From contig OZ244732.1 of NCBI GenBank assembly GCA_965219345.1, positions 1,440,001 to 1,504,000 on the forward strand: DNA of 64,000 nucleotides, read 5' to 3'. A model generated the notes under the pieces. That model worked only from the letters and a program-made list of their open reading frames with translations, was not told the origin of the DNA and searched no databases. This document shows, one piece after another, positions 50,801 through 59,800 of this stretch (its first letter is position 1; every line of letters begins with the position of its first letter). Source of the stretch: Nitrosopumilus sp. (GTDB lineage: Archaea; Thermoproteota; Nitrososphaeria; Nitrososphaerales; Nitrosopumilaceae). Made by a program: the position numbers and the translations under genes.

Positions 50801-53800
50801 ACGGTGTCGGCAACCTCTGATCCCGCGGGTTCGGACGACACCATAACCCTTACCGTCTCTGGCATCACAACATCCGATACTCCAAACGTGACTTACACCG
50901 CATCCGACGGCTCCGTAGCAGACAGCGCATTAAACCAGGCAGCGAGCCAGACCTTTACCGGCACAACCGATAACGCGCCGCCAACCGTGCTCTCCATTGT
51001 AACTAACGACACATCAACAATTAACATCGTGCTGTCCGAAAACGTCACAATAAACGGTGCGGCACCGGAAGACTTTGCGCTGTCCAGCACCATATCCACA
51101 GACCCGGCCGTGACCGGAATCACCGCTGTTACAAACAACACGGTAGCCCTTGCCCTTGACGATACGCTTGACAGCAATGATGTCATCCTACTGGCATACA
51201 CCAAGACCACGGGCAGCATAGATGACATCCCTCTTCCGCCCCTTGACGGCTCCTTCCCAGTAGATATGCAAGACTCGGAATCAACTGGCCTGGCCTTCTC
51301 TAATGACGGAACAAGGATGTTTGTAGTGAGTACTGGTAGTGATAGCGATAACGATGCCGTACACCAGTACACACTAACCGCCGCCTTTGACGTGTCCACT
51401 GCTACCTTTGTCGACTCTTTCTCAGTAGGTTCACAAGACACATTCCCGTCAGGCCTGGCCTTCTCTGGTGACGGAACAAAGATGTTTGTTGTGGGTAGTT
51501 TCGACAATAACATAAACGAGTACACACTAACCACCGCCTTTGACGTGTCCACTGCCACCTCTGCCAACTCCTTCTCAGTATCCTCACAAGACATACTCCC
51601 GCTAGACATGGCCTTCTCTGCTGACGGAACAAAGATGTTTGTCTTGGGCGATGCTGGCGATGACATAAACGAGTACACGCTATCCGCCCCCTTTGACGTA
51701 TCGAATGTCGCCGGCACATCGGATGTCACCTTTGTCGACTCTTTCCCAGTGGCATCACAAGACAGATCCACGCAGGGCCTAACCTTCTCTGCTGACGGAA
51801 CGAGGATGTTTGTAGTGGGTAGTATCAACGGTGCCGTATACGGGTACGCACTAACCGCCGCCTTTGACGTGTCCACCGCCACCTTTGTCGACTCTTTCTC
51901 AGTGACATCACAAGACAGATTCCCGCGGGGCCTGGCCTTCTCTGCTGACGGAACGAGGATATTTGTCTTGGGTAGTGACAGCAAGAACGTACACCAGTAC
52001 GCGCTATCTGAACCATTTACGCTATTCCAACAGCCAAACTCCCTTGCCAGCTTTGCGGCAATGTCAGTCACAAACAACATTCCATCAGACACCACCCCGC
52101 CAACAATCACCGCAGCTGCCGTGACCTCCCTTACCGAGATAACCCTGACGTACAGCGAGAACATAGACGTCACAACCACAAACGGCGAAGGATTTACCCT
52201 ATCTGTCGGACAAGTGACGGCAAATACTGATCCCGACAATTCGGACGACACCATAACCCTTACCATCTCCGGCATCACCGCATCCGATGCTCCAGACGTG
52301 ATTTACACCGAGTCTGATGGCTCCGTGACAGACGGCGCATCAAACCCTGCAGCGAGCCAGACCTTTACCGGCACCACCCCGCTGCCGGATACTATTCCAC
52401 CAACAATCACCGCAGCTGCCGTGACCTCCCTTACCGAGATACTCCTGACGTACAGCGAGAACATAGACGTCACAACCACAAACGGCGAAGGATTCATCCT
52501 ATTTGTCGAAGGAACGGTGTCGGCAAACTCTGATCCCGACAATTCGGGCAACACCATAACACTTACCGTCTCCGGCATCACCGCATCCGATGCTCCAAAC
52601 GTGATTTACACCGAATCTGATGGCTCCGTGACAGACGGCGCATCAAACCCGGCAGCGAGCCAGACCTTTACCGGCACCACCCCGCTGCCGGACACCGTTC
52701 CACCAACAATCACCGCAGCTGCCGTGACCTCGGCTACCAGCATAACCCTGACGTACAGCGAGAACATAGACGTCACAACCACAAACGGCCAAGGATTCTC
52801 CCTCTCCGTCGGACAGGTGACGACAAACACCGATCCCGCCGGTTCGGCAGACACCATAACCCTTACGGTCTCCGGCATCCCCTCTACCTCTCATAGACCG
52901 GATGTGACTTACGCCGCATCTGATGGCACCGTGACAGACAGCGCGTCAAACCCGGCAGCAAGCCAGACCTTTACCGGCACAGTAGATGATGCGCCGCCAA
53001 CCGTGTCTTCCATCGAAACTTCCAGCACATCAACAAATGCAATTGATGTCGTGCTGTCCGAAGACGTTACAGTCAACTCTGTAGAATCCAGGGACTTTGT
53101 ACTGTCTGGCACCATATCCACAAACCCGGCCTTGACCGCAGTCACGGTAGCTGCCGACACGCTCACCCTTCACCTTAACGCTGCGCTTGCTCATGATGAT
53201 GTCATCAATCTGGCATACACCAAAACCACGGGCAGCATAGATGACATTGCTCTCCCGTCCTTTGTCGACTCTTTCCCAGTGGCTTCACGGGATACATTCC
53301 CGTCAGGCCTGGCCTTCTCCAACGACGGAACAAAGATGTTTGTCGCAGGTGATAGCACCGATTCCGTACACCAGCACGTGCTGTCCGCCCCCTTTGACGT
53401 ATCCACTTCCAACTTTGTCCGCTCTTTCTCAATAAACGCACAAAGCACATCCCCGCAGGGTCTGGCCTTCTCCAACGACGGAACAAAGATGTTTGTCACA
53501 GATAGTTTCAAAAGTACCGTAAACGAGTACACGCTGTCCGCCCCCTTTAACATATCCAATGCCACCTTTGTCCAATCTACCTCCCTGGCTCTAAATGCTT
53601 TACAGCCACACGGTCTGGCCTTCTCTACTAACGGAACACTGATGTTTGTCGCAAGTGATTTCAACGATAGCGTATACAATTACTTGCTGTCCACCCCCTT
53701 TGATCTGTCGTCTTACATCCCTATCGACTCTTTCTCAGTGGCATCACAAGATGTAGATCCACGGCACCTGGCCTTCTCCAACGACGGAACAAAGATGTTT

Positions 53801-56800
53801 GTCACAGGTGATGCTAGCGATAGCGTACACGAGTACACACTATCCCGCCCCTTTGACACACTCACTGCCGACTTTGACAGCTCCTTCTCCGTGTTCTCAC
53901 AGGATACATCCCCGACAGGCCTGGCCTTCTCCAATGACGGAATAAGGATGTTTGTCGTGGGTGATTTCGGCAATGACATAAACGAGTACATACTGCCAAA
54001 GCCATTTGCGCTATTCCCACAGCCAAACTCCCTTGCCAGCTTTGCGGCAACCTTGGTCACAAACAACGTTGCACCGACACCGCCACCCGATGACATTGAT
54101 CCCTCGATAGATACCACCCTGCCAACAATCACCGCAGCTGCCGTGACCTCCCTTACCGAGATACTCCTGACGTACAGCGAGGACATAGACGTCACAACCA
54201 CGGACGGCGAAGGATTCGCCCTTTCCACCGGAACGGTGCATGCAAACACCGATCCCGCCGGTACGGCAGACACCATAACACTTACCGTCTCCGGCATTAC
54301 CGCATCCGATGCTCCAGACGTGATTTACACCGAGTCTGATGGCAACGTGGAAGATACCGCGTCAAACGAGGCAGCGAGCCAGACCTTTACCGGCACCACC
54401 CAGCTGCCGGACACTATTCCACCAACAATCACCGCAGCTTCCGTGACCTCGGCTACCAGCATAACCCTGACGTACAGCGAGAACATAGACGTCACAACCA
54501 CAAACGGCGCGGGATTCTCCCTTTCCACCGGGCAAGTGTCGGCAAACACCGATCCCGCCGGTTCGGACGACACCATAACCCTTACCGTCTCTGGCATCAC
54601 AACATCCGATGCTCCAGCTATAACTTACATCGCTCCACCTGGCACCGTGGTTGACGCGGAATCAAACCCGGCAGCAGACCAGACCTTTACCGGCACAACC
54701 GATGACGCGCCTCCAACCGTGTCCTCCATTGCAACTGCCAGCACATCAACAATTAACATCGTGCTGTCCGAAAACGTCACAATAAACGGTGCGGCACCGG
54801 AAGACTTTGTGCTGTCCAGCACCATATCCACAGACCCGGCCGTGACCGGAATCACCGCTGTTACAAACAACACGGTAGCCCTTGCCCTTGACGATACGCT
54901 TGACAGCAATGATGCCATCCTCCTGGCATACACCAAGACCACGGGCAGCATAGATGACATCCCTCTTCCGCCCCTTCTCAGCTCCTTCCCAGTAGGTATA
55001 CAAGGCTCGGGATCAAACGGCATGGCCTTCTCTAATGACGGAACAAGGATGTTTGTAGTGAGTAGTGGTAGTGGTAGCGATAACGATGCCGTACACCAGT
55101 ACACACTAACCGCCCCCTTTGACGTATCCACTGCCACCTTTGTCGACTCTTTCTCAGTGGCATCACAAGACACAGTACCGCAAGGCCTGGCCTTCTCTGG
55201 TGACGGAACAAAGATGTTTGTTGTGGGTGGTTTCGACAATAACATAAACGAGTACACACTATCCGCCGCCTTTGACGTGTCCACTGCCACCTCTGCCAAC
55301 TCCTTCTCAGTGGCATCACAAGACACAGCCCCGCTAGACATGGCCTTCTCTGCTGACGGAACAAAGATGTTTGTCTTGGGCGGTGCTGGCGATGCCGTAT
55401 ACGAGTACACGCTAACCGCCCCCTTTGACGTATCGAATGTCGCCGGCACATCAGATGTCACCTTTGTCGACTCTTTCCCAGTGGCATCAGAAGACACAGC
55501 CCCGACAGGCCTGGCCTTCTCTGGTAACGGAACTAGGATGTTCGTTGTAGGTAATTTTAACGATGCCGTATACGAGTACGCACTAACCGCCCCCTTTGAC
55601 GTGTCCACTGCCACCTCTGCCAACTCCTTCTCAGTATCCTCACAGGACCAATCCCCGACAGGCCTGGCCCTCTCTGCTGACGGAACGAGGATATTTGTCT
55701 TGGGTGATAACAGCGAGAACGTACACCAGTACGCGCTATCTGAACCATTTACGTTATTCCTACAGCCAAACTCCCTTGCCAGCTTTGCGGCAATGTCAGT
55801 CACAAACAACATTGCATCACCACCCGCTGAAATTGATCCCTCGATAGATACCACCCCACCAACAATCATCGCAGCTGCCGTGACCTCCCTTACCGAGATA
55901 CTCCTGACGTACAGCGAGGACATAGACGTCACAACCACGGACGGCACGGGATTCGCCCTCTCCGTCGGAACGGTGCATGCAAACACCGATCCCGCCGGTT
56001 CGAACGACACCATAACCCTTACCGTCTCCGGCATCGCCGCATCCTATACTCCAGCTATAAGTTATACCACATCTGATGGCACCGTGACAGATACCGCGTC
56101 AAACCAGGCAGCAAACCAGGTCTTTGCCGGCACCACCCCGCTACCCGATACCACCCCACCAACAATCACCGCAGCTGCCGTGACCTCGGCTACCAGCATA
56201 GTCCTGACGTACAGCGAGAACATAGACGTCACAACTACAGACGGCGAAGGATTCGCCCTCTCTGATGGAGGAACGGTGTCGGCAAACTCTGATCCCGCCA
56301 GTACGGACGACACCATAACCCTTACCGTCTCTGGCATCACAGCATCCGATGCTCCAAACGTGATTTACACCGAGTCTGATGGCTCCGTGACAGACAGCGC
56401 ATCAAACCCGGCAGCGAACCAGACCTTTACCGGCACCACCCCGCTGCCGGACACCGTTCCACCGGAAATCACCGCAGCTGCCGTGACCTCGGCTATCAGC
56501 ATAGTCCTGACGTACAGCGAGAACATAGACGTCAGCACCACAAACGGCCAAGGATTCTCCCTCTCCGTCGGACAGGTGACGACAAACACCGATCCCGCCG
56601 GTTCGGCAGACACCATAACCCTTACGGTCTCCGGCATCCCCTCTACCTCTCATAGACCGGATGTGACTTACGCCGCATCTGATGGCACCGTGACAGACAG
56701 CGCGTCAAACCCGGCAGCAAGCCAGACCTTTACCGGCACAACCGATGACGCGCCGCCAACGGTATCTTCCATCGAAACTTCCAGCACATCAACAAATGCA

Positions 56801-59800
56801 ATTGACGTCGTGCTGTCCGAAAACGTTACAATAAACGGTGCGACACCGGAAGACTTTGCGCTGTCCGGCACCCTATCCACATACCAGCGCGTGACCGGAA
56901 TCACGGCCCTTGCCGACACGGTAACCCTTACCCTCAATGATACGCTTGACAGTGATGATGTCATCAGCCTGGCATACACCAAAGGCACTGGCAGCATAGA
57001 TGACATTTCTCTCACGTCCTTTGTTGATTCTTTCTCAACAGTTTTCCAAGATATATCCCCACAGGGTTTGGCATTCTCTGGTGACGGAACAAAGATGTTT
57101 GTCGCAGGTGGTGATACCGATACCGTATACGAGTACGCACTAGCTGTCCCCTTTGACGTGTCCACTGTCCGCTACAATGGCAACTCCTTCTCAGTGGCTT
57201 CACAGGACACATCCCCACAGGGTTTGGCCTTCTCTAATGACGGTACCAGGATGTTTGTCGCAGGTAATTTCGGCAATGACGTAAACGAGTACACGCTAAC
57301 CGCCCCCTTTGACGTGTCCACTGTCACCTTTGTCGACTCTTTCTCAGTGGCTTCACAAGACGAATCCCCACAGGGTTTGGCCTTCTCCAATGACGGTACT
57401 AGGATGTTTGTCGCAGGTCGCGTTAGCAATGCCGTATACGAGTACGCGCTGACCGCCCCCTTTGACGTGTCCACTGCCAGCTATGGCAGCTCCTTCCCAG
57501 TAGGTTCACAGGACACATCCCCACAGGGCCTGGCCTTCTCCAACGACGGAACAAGGATGTTTGTCGCAGGTGATATTGGCAATGACGTAAACGAGTACAC
57601 ACTAACCTCCCCCTTTGACGTATCCACTGCCACCTTTGTCGACTTTTTCTCACTGGCGACATCAAGCGCATCATCCCCGCAGGGTTTGGCCTTCTCCAAT
57701 GACGGTACCAGGATGTTTGTTGCGGATTTTGATACCTTTGGCGTACACGAGTACGCGCTGTCAAAGCCATTTGCGCTATTCCCACAGCCAAACTCGCTTG
57801 CCAGCTTTGCGGCAACCTTGGTCACAAACAACATTGCATCACCACCCGCTGAAATTGATCCCTCGATAGATACCACCCCACCAACAATCACCGCAGCTGC
57901 CGTGACCTCCCTTACCGAGATACTCCTGACATACAGCGAGAACATAGACGTCACAACCACGGACGGCACGGGATTCGCCCTTTCCACCGGAACGGTGCAT
58001 GCAAACACCGATCCCGCCAGTACGGCAGACACCATAACCCTTACCGTCTCCGGCATCGCCGCATCCGATACTCCAGCTATAAGTTATACCACATCTGATG
58101 GCACCGTGACAGATACCGCGTCAAACCAGGCAGCAAACCAGGTCTTTGCCGGCACCACGGCGCTGCCGGACACCATTCCGCCAACAATCACCGCAGCTGC
58201 CGTGACCTCCCTTACCGAGATACTCCTGACGTACAGCGAGAACATAGACGTCACAACCACGGACGGCGCAGGATTCACCCTCTCTGACGGAGGAACGGTG
58301 TCGGCAAACTCTGATCCCGCCAGTACGGACGACACCATAACCCTTACCGTCTCTGGTATCACCACAGCATCCGATGCTCCAAACGTGATTTACACCGAGT
58401 CTGATGGCTCCGTGACAGATACCGCGTCAAACCCGGCAGCAAACCAGACCTTTACCGGCACCACCCCGCTGCCGGACACTGTTCCACCGGAGATCACCGC
58501 AGCTGCCGTGACCTCGGCTACCAGCATAGTCCTGACGTACAGCGAGAACATAGACGTCACAACCACAGACGGCGCAGGATTCACCCTCTCTGACGGACAA
58601 GTGACGGCAAACACCGATCCCGCCGGTTCGGACGACACCATAACGCTTGCCGTCTCCGGCATCACAGCATTCGATGCTCCAAACGTGATTTACACCGAGT
58701 CTGATGGCTCCGTGACAGATACCGCGTCAAACCAGGCCGAAGACCAGACCTTTGCCGGCACCACGGCGCCGCCGGACACTATTCCACCAACAATCACCGC
58801 AGCTGCCGTGACCTCCCTTACCGAGATACTCCTGACATACAGCGAGAACATTGACGTCAGCACCACGAACGGCGCAGGATTCGCCCTCTCTGACGGAGGA
58901 ACAGTGTCGGCAAACACCGATCCCGACAATTCGGGCAACACCATAATCCTTACCGTCTCTGGCATCACCACAGCTGATACTCCAGCCATAACCTACACCG
59001 CTCCACCTGGCACCGTGGTTGACAACGCGTCAAACCCGGCAGCAGACCAGACCTTTGCCGGCACCACCCCGCTACCCGATACTATTCCACCAAGAATCAC
59101 CGCAGCTGCCGTGACCTCCCTTACCGAGATACTCCTGACGTACAGCGAGAACATTGACGTCACAGCCACGAACGGCGCAGGATTCGCCCTCTCTGACGGA
59201 GGAACAGTGTCGGCAAACACCGATCCCGACAATTCGGGCAACACCATAATCCTTACCGTCTCTGGCATCACCACAGCTGATACTCCAGCCATAACCTACA
59301 CCGCTCCACCTGGCACCGTGGTTGACAACGCGTCAAACCCGGCAGCAGACCAGACCTTTGCCGGCACCACCCCGCTACCCGATACTATTCCACCAAGAAT
59401 CACCGCAGCTGCCGTGACCTCCCTTACCGAGATACTCCTGACATACAGCGAGAACATAGACGTCACAGCCACGAACGGCGAAGGATTCGCCCTCTCTGAC
59501 GGAGGAACAGTGTCGGCAAACACCGATCCCGCCGGTACGGGCAACACCATAATCCTTACCGTCTCTGGTATCACCACAGCATCCGATGCTCCAAACGTGA
59601 TTTACACCGAGTCTGACGGCACCGTGACAGATACCGCGTCAAACCCTGCAGCGAGCCAGACCTTTGCCGGCACCACCCCGCTACCCGATACTATTCCACC
59701 AACAATCACCGCAGCTGCCGTGACCTCCCTTACCGAGATAGTCCTGACGTACAGCGAGAACATAGACGTCACAGCCACAAACGGCCAAGGATTCGCCCTC